Shown piece by piece: positions 8,007-16,555 of a DNA stretch of 64,000 nt. Made by a program: the position numbers and the translations under genes. The stretch spans positions 5,338 through 69,337 of the forward strand of contig JAUVDV010000021.1 of assembly GCA_030595125.1 (NCBI GenBank), written 5' to 3'. This stretch comes from Deltaproteobacteria bacterium. GTDB lineage: Bacteria > Myxococcota_A > Polyangia > JAAYKL01. A model generated the notes under the pieces. The model was given only the letters and a program-made list of their open reading frames with translations. It did no database searches and was not told the DNA's origin. How positions within the stretch are numbered: position 1 is the first letter of the stretch; every line of letters starts with the position of its first letter.

Positions 8007-9971
8007 ATGAAGAAGAAAACCCTGTTAATTTTGCTGTTCGTTTGTTCGATGGGCGTTGGGGCCGTTGCTTGCTCGAAGAGTCACGGCAACGACGATCCGG
8101 ACGGCGGAGACGCATCGACGGATACTGACACGGGCACGGATACTGACACGGATACGGGGGAGGAGTGGTGTCCGAAACTGGAGACTTCCTGCGAGGCGCC
8201 GGAAGAACTGGAGGTCTGTGATGTCGTCAAGCTGGGCGCGCCTAGGTTGATCTTCCCGCTGTCGGGCAGGCACATCAGGGATCGACGACCGCAGATTATC
8301 TGGGAGGAGGCTGACGGCGCAACGCAATACCGGCTGGAGATCGCCCGGGACCGCCAGTTTACAGATGTTGTTTATCGCTCTGCCGATAACGAGCCGTACC
8401 CAGGATACGACGACCGGCTGCATCACATCGTGAGCTGCGACCTCGACTGCGGTGTTCACTTCTTTCGCGTCAAGTCTGTGACCTCGCCCGAGTGCGAGTC
8501 GGGAGCGTCATCGTACACGTGGGAGATGTTTGTAGGCATGGCCCCCGGCGACCTCGACCGCGACGGCGTGCCGGACATTATGTACTGGAAGATCATCGAA
8601 CCCGGAGGGGAGATGCAGCCGTACCTTGTTCAGGGCTGGGCATTCTTCGACCTGGACGAGAAAGGCGGGCAGGTTGCTGAAGCGGAGAAGGTCGTGGAGT
8701 TCGAGGTTGAGGGCAGCACAATCGTGCTCAAGGGTTCTACATATCAAGGAGATGTAAACGGAGATGCCTCTACAGATGTTAGCGTGGAAATTATTTTCCT
8801 GGATGCGGCGTATGAATTTGAAACCGCAATAATTGAAACGTATGTGTTTAGCCAATTGCGTTCGGGAGTTTTACAAGGAAAGAATGATGCTATTGGATTG
8901 TTTCAAGGAAGTGTAGGACAACTTTACAATACTTTGTACTCAAACAGATATTCGGACGTCAACGGTGACGGCTATTCAGACATAGCGATTTCATTTTACG
9001 AAGATTATGGAGACACTGGATTCACAGACAAATTGTTGATTTTCTATGGGACTACTGAGACCGTTTCGGTTTTGGACTTGTCAACCGCCGACGTAGTCAT
9101 TCCGTGCCCCATAGGATGCGACTCGGATACAAACTTTGGCAGGCCGGCTAGCCAGGTAGACATCAACGGCGACGGTTTTGCAGACTTGTTCTCAGCATTG
9201 GTGGAATATTCATCCGGTATTTTCGACGCGGGATTATCACACAGCGCGATTATCTTCGGCGATGAGAATTTGCAATCGCAAGTAGATGTGATGACAGAGG
9301 GAGCCATTATTTCATCCCCTCAGTATTCGATCATCTCTGGCGTTTGGGATCTTGGGGATTCTGTATTTCTCGGAAGTGGAGCCGTCAATCCAATGGGTGA
9401 CATTGATTTTGACGGCTATCCTGAGTTGGGCGGGTACCTGCTCGATGCATATGACACAACACAATCTCCACTTGTGGAGACCGGCGGGTGGGTGGTTTTC
9501 GATGACTTTTTCGGATCAGGCCAGCATATGTTACCGGACGTGATGGATACTATTATCGTGGCAGATTTTGACACATACATTGACTATTCAAACACAGAAA
9601 CTATTAGTTTTAATCATCCTTCTGGAGATGTCGATGGGGATGGCATTGATGATTTCATTTTGCTAACAGGACAGGCAAACTCGGGTTCTCCCACTTATCC
9701 GGGACGATATTTCTATCTGTATGGTGAAGAAGACTGGGATGATTTCATCCCTTTGTCTACCATTTCTGCAAATGAGGTTATTATCCCAATCGATGCTTTT
9801 TGCTTGGTAACAACCGACATTGATGGTGACGGAATAGCAGAGTCTATTGGGGCGAGTACATCAGGGAATCACACTGTACAGCTTTCCGCATCTGGGGAAA
9901 CAGTTGAACTTAACTGGGACTGGTCGGATGCCGTCGATTTCTACGGGCCGGTAATTCCAGAAATTTACTAA
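8007..9971 (+). CDS. secreted lipoprotein with TD-repeat linker, FN3-like region and FG-GAP/VCBS-type Asp-rich repeats
   Basis: MKKKTLLILLFVCSMGVGAVAC lipobox; DASTDTDTGTDTDTDTGEE linker; repeated DVNGDGYSDIAI / DINGDGFADLF / DVDGDGIDDFIL / DIDGDGIAESIG calcium-binding-like loops. Confidence 0.7.
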   Translation: MKKKTLLILLFVCSMGVGAVACSKSHGNDDPDGGDASTDTDTGTDTDTDTGEEWCPKLETSCEAPEELEVCDVVKLGAPRLIFPLSGRHIRDRRPQIIWEEADGATQYRLEIARDRQFTDVVYRSADNEPYPGYDDRLHHIVSCDLDCGVHFFRVKSVTSPECESGASSYTWEMFVGMAPGDLDRDGVPDIMYWKIIEPGGEMQPYLVQGWAFFDLDEKGGQVAEAEKVVEFEVEGSTIVLKGSTYQGDVNGDASTDVSVEIIFLDAAYEFETAIIETYVFSQLRSGVLQGKNDAIGLFQGSVGQLYNTLYSNRYSDVNGDGYSDIAISFYEDYGDTGFTDKLLIFYGTTETVSVLDLSTADVVIPCPIGCDSDTNFGRPASQVDINGDGFADLFSALVEYSSGIFDAGLSHSAIIFGDENLQSQVDVMTEGAIISSPQYSIISGVWDLGDSVFLGSGAVNPMGDIDFDGYPELGGYLLDAYDTTQSPLVETGGWVVFDDFFGSGQHMLPDVMDTIIVADFDTYIDYSNTETISFNHPSGDVDGDGIDDFILLTGQANSGSPTYPGRYFYLYGEEDWDDFIPLSTISANEVIIPIDAFCLVTTDIDGDGIAESIGASTSGNHTVQLSASGETVELNWDWSDAVDFYGPVIPEIY

Positions 9972-10062
9972 GATCCTGAAAGAAGAAGGGCGGATGGGGT
10001 CAGTGCAAGACTCTGGTTCCTGGACCGGTTCCTGGATGAAAACGCCTGCGTTGTGATGCCGG

Positions 10063-10195
10063 GTGGACGAGTGGACTGTGGACGGAGTGGACTGTGATGG
10101 ACGGAGTGGACTGTGGACGAAGTGGACTGTTATTTGAGTGATTCGGTCTTGCTTTGAGTGTCCACACCGTCCACACCGTCCATGTTGTCCACTTG
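10063..10195. repeat. tandem 16-bp repeats followed by their inverted complement (long imperfect hairpin)
   Basis: 4x GGACGGAGTGGACTGT-like units (10063-10132), then 4x GTCCACACC-like units (10152-10190). Confidence 0.6.
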
Positions 10196-10419
10196 AGTAG
10201 GATCGAATGTCCTCGCAGTGCCGCGTCCGATCGCCGGTCCATGACATGAATTCCCATGGTCGAGCGTGGTGTATCCCCAGCGCCACAACACAAACCGGCT
10301 CGCGATTGGAAAAATACGCAAAAGAAATCATTGAGTTATTGTTTGCCTCGATGATGGTATGCTTTTTGTAGCAATGGCAGGCATCCGTGCATCTGCGCAA
10401 AGCCTCGGAGGATTTGTCC

Positions 10420-11739
10420 ATGAGGAATATTGATAATACTCGTTACTGGTGTCTTGTTGCGGCAATATCCGTGTTCTTTGTTGTATGGACCGGATGCGGT
10501 CCCAGCAAAGACGAACGCGAGCTGGAGGCGATAAAGCTCCACAGCGCGCCGGTGACCGAGGTGGTGTTCTCTCCGGACGGAATGATCCTGGCCAGCGCGA
10601 GCGAAGACGACACGGTGCGGTTGCTGGATGTGACCGACCTGCATACCAACTTCGATCCGGGATCAACCTCGACGTTCATCCCTCACGAGCTGCCCTCCAG
10701 CCCCTTTATCGGACACGGCGCCGGCTTTCACTCGCTGGACTTTTCCCCGCTTGGAGATCAGATCGCCGCCGGATGCACCGACTTCGCTTTGGGGGAGATC
10801 GTGAAGGTGTGGGATGTCGAGACTGCGGAGCGGCTGGCCGTCCTGACAGGTCATACCGGCCCGGTGCTCTCGCTTGACTACGATCCACTGGCGCAGGTTC
10901 TCGCCGTCGGCGGTGGACGCTTGCTGGAAGCGGGCGAGGTCACCGTGGGGGATTGGTCGGGAACTGCGAGTCCGGTCGAGCTCGGCGATGCCCGGGGACC
11001 GGTCACCGATGTGGCCTTTTCGCCGGACGGATCGTTGCTCGCGACGGCCTGGGGAGACGGCGTGGTGCGCGTGTGGAACGTATCGGACTGGACCCCGGCG
11101 TACGATCTTGCCGTGGATGATCATATCCCTTATTCCGTTGCATTCTCACCCGACGGCGCCCGTCTGGTCTCGGCCGGGGACGATTCCGGACCGGGGTTCA
11201 ACGGCCACGGCGGCGTCATTCGCATATGGGACGCCATCGACGGAGAGTTGCTGTCATCGATGGATCTCGGCACTACACCCATCCATGCCATCTCCTACTC
11301 ACCGGAAGGATCGCTCATCGCCGCAGGTGGAGATGCCCAGAAGATCATTGTCGTGGACGCCTGGAACTCGGAGGTGCAGTTCACTCTGCGGGGGCATACC
11401 GCGCCGGTCAACAGCCTGGATTTTTCATCCAACGGTCAGCTGCTGGCCAGCGGTGCCGACGACAACTTCATCAGGTTCTGGTACATGGGCGACATGATCG
11501 GGGAGACCTGCGATGACGGCATCGACAACGACGGCGACGGCTGGACCGACGCCGACGATCCTAATTGTACACCTGGCGACAGGGAGACCGGTTTCGGGGA
11601 CAGCGAGTGCAACGACAATATTGACAACGATGACGACGGGCTCACCGATTCGGCCGATCCCGACTGCGTGGACGGCTTTGACGACAACGAGAGCGGCGAC
11701 TCCGCAGACGCGGGTCCTGACAGCGGAGACGGTGGATAG
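10420..11739 (+). CDS. WD40-repeat lipoprotein with C-terminal Cys/Asp-rich metal-binding-like repeats
   Basis: Multiple WD40 units (SPDG...LASAS.DDTVRLWD-type); lipobox VVWTGC; C-terminal CDDGIDNDGDGWTDADDPNC and ECNDNIDNDDDGLTDSADPDC motifs. Confidence 0.75.
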   Translation: MRNIDNTRYWCLVAAISVFFVVWTGCGPSKDERELEAIKLHSAPVTEVVFSPDGMILASASEDDTVRLLDVTDLHTNFDPGSTSTFIPHELPSSPFIGHGAGFHSLDFSPLGDQIAAGCTDFALGEIVKVWDVETAERLAVLTGHTGPVLSLDYDPLAQVLAVGGGRLLEAGEVTVGDWSGTASPVELGDARGPVTDVAFSPDGSLLATAWGDGVVRVWNVSDWTPAYDLAVDDHIPYSVAFSPDGARLVSAGDDSGPGFNGHGGVIRIWDAIDGELLSSMDLGTTPIHAISYSPEGSLIAAGGDAQKIIVVDAWNSEVQFTLRGHTAPVNSLDFSSNGQLLASGADDNFIRFWYMGDMIGETCDDGIDNDGDGWTDADDPNCTPGDRETGFGDSECNDNIDNDDDGLTDSADPDCVDGFDDNESGDSADAGPDSGDGG

Positions 11740-11753
11740 AAAGGAGTGAGAGT

Positions 11754-12092
11754 GTGAAGAATTACTATAGAGCGTCTTTTTTGATGATGATGATCGTGTT
11801 GCTTTTCGCAGTGTCTGCCTGCCACGAGGAGGAGGAGGAGAGCATCTGCGATCTGTACTGCTCCGCTTCGGAGGATTGCAGCTACGTGAGCGGCCAGATG
11901 TTCAGCTGGAGTGAGTGCCAGGACCAGTGTAACGAGGCCATGGAGCGCCATGAATCGATAGGCTGCGGGGACAGGATGGCGGACTTGTACTACTGCCTGA
12001 TCGATCTTCCGTGCCCGAGCTGGAACGATTACGGGGCAAGATGCGCCGCAGAGATCGATTACCTGGACCTCTGCGTGGGTGGGACTTCTTGA
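11754..12092 (+). CDS. small Cys-rich lipoprotein
   Basis: Signal/lipobox LLFAVSAC; 12 Cys in 112 aa. Confidence 0.45.
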   Translation: MKNYYRASFLMMMIVLLFAVSACHEEEEESICDLYCSASEDCSYVSGQMFSWSECQDQCNEAMERHESIGCGDRMADLYYCLIDLPCPSWNDYGARCAAEIDYLDLCVGGTS

Positions 12093-13246
12093 CAACGCTC
12101 GCGGCCCTGTTCCGCGCATTCCTCATCGGCCTGGCGGGCATGCTGTTCTTGGCGATCCTCTGGGTTGCGTTCTGGTCCTTTTACAACCCGTTCGTGGACG
12201 TTCCAGCTCCGTTGAAGAAATCCTTTCAATCGGTTCGTGGAGACGAGACGGGGAGGGTGCTCTTTCTGGGTGACTTTGCGCCCACGGATCGCGCGCTCCC
12301 GTATCTCGAGAAGCACGGATACGGATATCCCTACTCCAAAACACTCGCGCTCCTTGCGTCCCACGACGCCGTGCTGGCAAATCTGGAAGCGCCGATCACG
12401 ACCGCGCGGAGGCCCTGGCCGCTCCCCAAAAAATATACCTACAAGATCCATCCGGACGCGGTCCCCGCAATGCAGAGCGCCGGGATCGACGTGGTGACCC
12501 TGGCCAACAACCACTCCCACGACTACGGGCGACGCGGGCTTCACGACACCCTTCGCAACCTGGCCGGGGGAGGCATCGCTCACATCGGCGCGGGCATGTC
12601 GGAAGCGGCGGCGCGGCGGGGAATTGTCATCGAGACTTCCGGCGGGCGACTTGGGGTACTTTCCTACATGCAGGACCAGTTGCAGTGGCGAGTGTGGACA
12701 GGCGCCTTCGCCATGGACGCTCCGTTTCGAAACTGGTCCGGATCCGCCCGACTCGACTATTCCGATCTACTCGAGGATATCGAAAGATTGCGTTCCGCGT
12801 CCGACGTGGTCGCCGTGGTCGTGCACTGGGGCTCGAACTACAAACCGGTGAACGATCGCCAGCGTGCCATCGGGCGGGCCTGTATCGACTTCGGCGCCGA
12901 TGTGGTGATCGGGCACCACCCTCATCAGTATCAACCCGTGGCAATGCACAGGGGACGGCCCATCGTCTACAGCGTCGGCAACTACGCATTCGGAACTATC
13001 GGCAACTCCAAAATGCGGTTCGGCATGGCTGCGGCGCTCCACCTGCGGGATGGTCGGGTCAGGGGAATCGAGTTTACCCCCTTGCTCACACAGAATCGGA
13101 TTGTGAAATATCGCGTTCGCGCGGCCAGAGGTAAATACCTCAGGTCCTTTATGCATGATTTTATTGAAGAATCAGGGGCGGAAGGGGCGACCGTAGAAGA
13201 GCGAAACGAGGTCGCCTGGCTGGAACTCGAGCGACAATTAGAATAA
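12041..13246 (+). CDS. CapA/PGA_cap-family metallophosphatase-like protein
   Basis: N-terminal TM segment then a CapA-like region (VVTLANNHSHDYG, GHHPHQYQP, VYSVGNYAFG). Start uncertain: ATG at 12041 overlaps the upstream gene, TTG at 12089 is an alternative. Confidence 0.65.
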   Translation: MRRRDRLPGPLRGWDFLTTLAALFRAFLIGLAGMLFLAILWVAFWSFYNPFVDVPAPLKKSFQSVRGDETGRVLFLGDFAPTDRALPYLEKHGYGYPYSKTLALLASHDAVLANLEAPITTARRPWPLPKKYTYKIHPDAVPAMQSAGIDVVTLANNHSHDYGRRGLHDTLRNLAGGGIAHIGAGMSEAAARRGIVIETSGGRLGVLSYMQDQLQWRVWTGAFAMDAPFRNWSGSARLDYSDLLEDIERLRSASDVVAVVVHWGSNYKPVNDRQRAIGRACIDFGADVVIGHHPHQYQPVAMHRGRPIVYSVGNYAFGTIGNSKMRFGMAAALHLRDGRVRGIEFTPLLTQNRIVKYRVRAARGKYLRSFMHDFIEESGAEGATVEERNEVAWLELERQLE

Positions 13247-13334
13247 AAAAACGACTTTCGTAGTATTTCCTTGAAAAGGAGTAAAACGAAAGTTGGCGAA
13301 AGCAAATGATTGTGGTAGGTTCCCACCCCGCTAC

Positions 13335-13365
13335 GTTGACTTGGACACGTCAATAAAGACAGTAG
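13335..13365 (+). promoter_or_regulatory. putative promoter/operator palindrome upstream of ACP operon
   Basis: TTGACttggacacGTCAA inverted repeat with a TTGACT -35-like hexamer, in an AT-rich leader ~25 bp upstream of the ACP start. Confidence 0.25.
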
Positions 13366-13387
13366 ACCGTTATAGGACAAGAGCGAG

Positions 13388-13624
13388 ATGAAAAACCGAA
13401 TTGCAGAAATCATCATCAACGAGCTTAAGCTCAAGGACGTCACCGCCGACACATTCGATCCCAACCTGGACCTCATCGAGGACCTGGGGATAGACAGCAT
13501 GGAACTGACCACTATTGTGGTTGTCTTGCAGGATGAGTTCAGCATCAAAATAGATGAGGACGATTTCGGACAACTGACCACTCTGGCCAAGATTACCGAG
13601 TACATCGGGAGCAAGAAGGGCTAG
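13388..13624 (+). CDS. acyl carrier protein
   Basis: 78 aa with phosphopantetheine-attachment motif LGIDSMEL. Confidence 0.8.
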   Translation: MKNRIAEIIINELKLKDVTADTFDPNLDLIEDLGIDSMELTTIVVVLQDEFSIKIDEDDFGQLTTLAKITEYIGSKKG

Positions 13625-13630
13625 CCGATC

Positions 13631-14641
13631 GTGGGCGTTACCTTCAAGCAGATCCTTTCCGATCCTGTAATAGACGAGCGCTGGAATAGGGTAAAAAAGT
13701 ACTTTTTCCTGCGCGAGTCCACTTACGACATGACCTGTCGTTGCAACCTCAAGTGCGAGGGTTGCTATTACTACATCGGCGACAAACAGTACGCTAAGGA
13801 CGAGATGGACACGGGCAAGTGGCGCGCGCTTCTCACTGCGGAGAAAGAGCGGGGAATCACATTCGTCGTCCTCGCCGGCGCGGAGCCGTCTCTCGTGCCC
13901 GAGCTTTGCAAGGTCTGCTACGATGTCATTCCCCTGGGCGCCATCGCCAGCAACGGGTTGAAGCCATTTCCCAAGGATATCGGATATCGGATTCACATCT
14001 CCGTATGGGGCGACGACGAGGAGTCCAAAAAGTTTCGTGGACGGGCCTGCCTCGACCAGCAACTAAAGAGCTACGGTGGTGACGAGCGGGCGGTCTTCGT
14101 CTACACGTTTACAAAGCGAAATATCGACCAGGTCGACTCGGTGGTGGAGCGAATTGCGGCGTGTGGTGGAAAGATTCACTTCAACATGTTCTCGCCGACG
14201 GGCGGCTACACGGGTGAGCTCACCATGGACGCAGACGCTTTTCACCGCACCCGCGACAAGATGCTGGAGATGCTGGATCGGTATCCGGAGACGGTCCTCT
14301 ATTCCGGTTACAACGCCGAGGTTCACACGGATCCGGAGCGCTCGCTGCACGCCCGGTTCAAGTGCCCGTACCCGCGCTGCAACCCCGACACCAGGCTGGG
14401 GCTCGGTCGCAGCTTTCGCCAGTACCGATCGGACCTGACCTGGGATCGTTCCGTGGCCTGTTGTGTGCCGGATACCGATTGCCACGACTGTCGTCACTAC
14501 GCGGCCGGATCGGCCATCGTGACGGCCCGAATGGCGCAACACGTGAGCAGCGAACTAGAATTCAAAAAGTGGCTGGACTATGTGGACACCTACCTGGCCG
14601 TGTGGGTACAGGGCTATGAAAAAGGGACCAATCTGTGCTGA
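13631..14641 (+). CDS. radical SAM protein (paralog 1), C-terminal Cys-rich auxiliary region
   Basis: CNLKCEGCYY (CxxxCxxC); GAEPSL motif; C-terminal CPYPRC...CCVPDTDCHDC cysteines. GTG start 7 nt after the ACP stop. Confidence 0.75.
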   Translation: MGVTFKQILSDPVIDERWNRVKKYFFLRESTYDMTCRCNLKCEGCYYYIGDKQYAKDEMDTGKWRALLTAEKERGITFVVLAGAEPSLVPELCKVCYDVIPLGAIASNGLKPFPKDIGYRIHISVWGDDEESKKFRGRACLDQQLKSYGGDERAVFVYTFTKRNIDQVDSVVERIAACGGKIHFNMFSPTGGYTGELTMDADAFHRTRDKMLEMLDRYPETVLYSGYNAEVHTDPERSLHARFKCPYPRCNPDTRLGLGRSFRQYRSDLTWDRSVACCVPDTDCHDCRHYAAGSAIVTARMAQHVSSELEFKKWLDYVDTYLAVWVQGYEKGTNLC

Positions 14642-15645
14642 CCATAAACAATCTCATCCAGGACGAGGACACGCGTCGCAAGTACCATGATATAAAGACC
14701 ATGGTCGGATCCAGCGGAATGCGCAGTTCCATCTACGACGTCAACAATATCTGCAATCTGCGCTGCAAGGGTTGCTTCTATTTTTCCAGCGACCAGCACA
14801 AACTGGACGACCAGAAAGATCTCGATGTGCTTCAGGCATTCATCGAAAGAGAGAAGGCGCGAGGCGTCAACTACGCCATCCTCATCGGAGGCGAGCCGTC
14901 CCTGACCCTGGATCGCCTCGACGTCTGGTACGCAAATGTAAAATGCTCATCCGCTACCAACGGCATCAAGAAGATCGAACGGGATCGCTATCCTGATATG
15001 CGCGTGGGGATTTCCCTGTGGGGCGACGAGGAAGACGAGATCAGGTTGCGCGGCAAGAACACTTTCCTCATATCCCGGCAAAACTATCGCAACGACCCGA
15101 ACGTCTATTACCTGTACACCGTCACGGCGCAGACCATCGGCCAGATGGAAACCGTAACCAAGAAGATCGAGGAAGCGGGGCTGCGGGTTCACTACCAGCT
15201 GTTTTCCAACGATCAAGGTGAGGAAGGGATGGACTGGACCGAGGATCTTTACAAGGAGGTCCGTGACAACATGGACGCGATGCTCGACAAGTATCCGCAC
15301 GTTGTCATCTCGTCCAAATACTATCACGAGGTTCTCACCACCCAGACAATGTTAGGTCGGCGTTTCGGATGGATGGAGTGCCCGTCAGTTTCTGATGCCG
15401 TGGACAATCGCGATCCTCGACCCAAGAGGCTCGCCGGTTTCAACTCCTACGGATCGGACTACAAAACTGTCCACCGTTGCTGCACCTCTGTCACCCGCGA
15501 CTGCGCCACCTGTCACGACGGCGCCGCCACCATGTCGTGGGTAATGGTCAACAAGCGCGAGCACATGACCGACCCGGTGGACTTCGCCAACTGGGTGGAC
15601 GTCACCCACATGTTTGCAAAGCTCTACGAGTATATTCCCTGGTAG
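14635..15645 (+). CDS. radical SAM protein (paralog 2)
   Basis: CNLRCKGCFY; GGEPSL; C-terminal HRCCTSVTRDCATCHDGAA; clearly paralogous to the upstream gene. GTG start overlaps the upstream stop (GTGCTGA). Confidence 0.75.
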   Translation: MLTINNLIQDEDTRRKYHDIKTMVGSSGMRSSIYDVNNICNLRCKGCFYFSSDQHKLDDQKDLDVLQAFIEREKARGVNYAILIGGEPSLTLDRLDVWYANVKCSSATNGIKKIERDRYPDMRVGISLWGDEEDEIRLRGKNTFLISRQNYRNDPNVYYLYTVTAQTIGQMETVTKKIEEAGLRVHYQLFSNDQGEEGMDWTEDLYKEVRDNMDAMLDKYPHVVISSKYYHEVLTTQTMLGRRFGWMECPSVSDAVDNRDPRPKRLAGFNSYGSDYKTVHRCCTSVTRDCATCHDGAATMSWVMVNKREHMTDPVDFANWVDVTHMFAKLYEYIPW

Positions 15646-15668
15646 TTATCGGCGGCCGCCATCATCTG
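15594..15668 (+). repeat. direct repeat (left copy) = native 3' end of radical SAM gene + 23 bp
   Basis: tgggtggacgtcacccacatgtttgcaaagctctacgagtatattccctggta + ttatcggcggccgccatcatct; near-identical copy at 16437-16511. Confidence 0.7.
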
Positions 15669-16436
15669 AATTGTAAGGTTTACCCACCACCAAACGAGAA
15701 GAGCCCTCAATCTTTATCCCGCCCAAAACCTATAGGTCGCTTGCTTGATTTCTTTGTCGGGCTCACAAGCAGTCCGATGGCCTCGAAAACGACTTTGAAT
15801 TGTTTGTCGTGGTTTTTCATTTTTATATCGATGTCGGCGAGCTTTTTTGCGAGGGCCTTGTTTGTGGACAGGATCTCGCGCAGTCGTACGAAAGTTCGCA
15901 TGATGGCGATATTAACCTGGATGGCTCGTTGGCTGTTCAAGACGCTGGAGAGCATGGCCACGCCCTGCTCTGTGAAGGCGAGGGGATAATAGCGTCTACC
16001 CCCGTGTCCTTTTGAGGTGCCAGATTGGCACCTCAAGAATTCGTCCTTTGTGAGTTGAAACATGAAATCTTCGGGAAATCTGCCGATGTTTCGTCTGACA
16101 GCTCGATTCATGACTTTTGTTTCTACCTCGTAGAGTTGTGCGAGGTCAGAATCCAAAAGGACTTTCTGTCCGCGAACGATGCGGATCAGGCTGCCGACAT
16201 GTTCAATTGGTACTATTTCGCTTTTACTCATTTCACGATTCCTACTGGTTTTTGTGAGCCCGACCAATATGGCCCGGAGACACTTCTATGAAAGTTGAGC
16301 AACATTTATGCCTGCGATGCATCCCGAGTAGAATGCTTCTGTGGAGGGGATATGCAGATCTCAATTGTTGGTCAAAAGCGGCGAAACATACGGCGCCCGC
16401 CGCCACACGCTGCCGGAACCGCCGGGGGATCGAGTG
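15669..16436. mobile_element. 768-bp insertion flanked by ~75-bp direct repeats, carrying an ORF6N-domain gene
   Basis: Bounded by the duplicated 3' end of the radical SAM gene. No integrase or transposase is visible, so this is a possible remnant of an integrative element. Confidence 0.35.
15707..16267 (-). CDS. ORF6N-domain protein (phage antirepressor-like)
   Basis: N-terminal IVPIEHVGSLIRIVRGQKVLLDSDLAQLYEVETKVMNRAVRRNIGRFPEDFMFQLTKDEF matches the ORF6N/KilA-N-like domain fold pattern. Confidence 0.65.
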   Translation of the reverse strand: MVGLTKTSRNREMSKSEIVPIEHVGSLIRIVRGQKVLLDSDLAQLYEVETKVMNRAVRRNIGRFPEDFMFQLTKDEFLRCQSGTSKGHGGRRYYPLAFTEQGVAMLSSVLNSQRAIQVNIAIMRTFVRLREILSTNKALAKKLADIDIKMKNHDKQFKVVFEAIGLLVSPTKKSSKRPIGFGRDKD

Positions 16437-16511
16437 GGTGGACGTCACCCACATGTTTGCAAAGCTCTACGAGTATATTCCCTGGTAATTGACGGCGGTC
16501 GCCATCATCTT
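16437..16511 (+). pseudogene. duplicated 3' fragment of radical SAM gene (right copy of direct repeat)
   Basis: Encodes ...WVDVTHMFAKLYEYIPW*, identical to the C-terminus of the CDS ending at 15645. The upstream part of ORF 16288..16488 is unrelated. Confidence 0.6.
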
Positions 16512-16555
16512 CCCCTTCCCCCTCGCAGGGGAAGGCCGGGATGGGGTTCATCGGC
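16506..16555. terminator. palindromic ~50-bp element (ccccttcccc...ggggaagg) immediately 3' of ABC ATPase gene
   Basis: catcatcttccccttccccctcgcaggggaaggccgggatggggtt: GC-rich hairpin. A second copy lies at 54381-54430. Confidence 0.45.
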
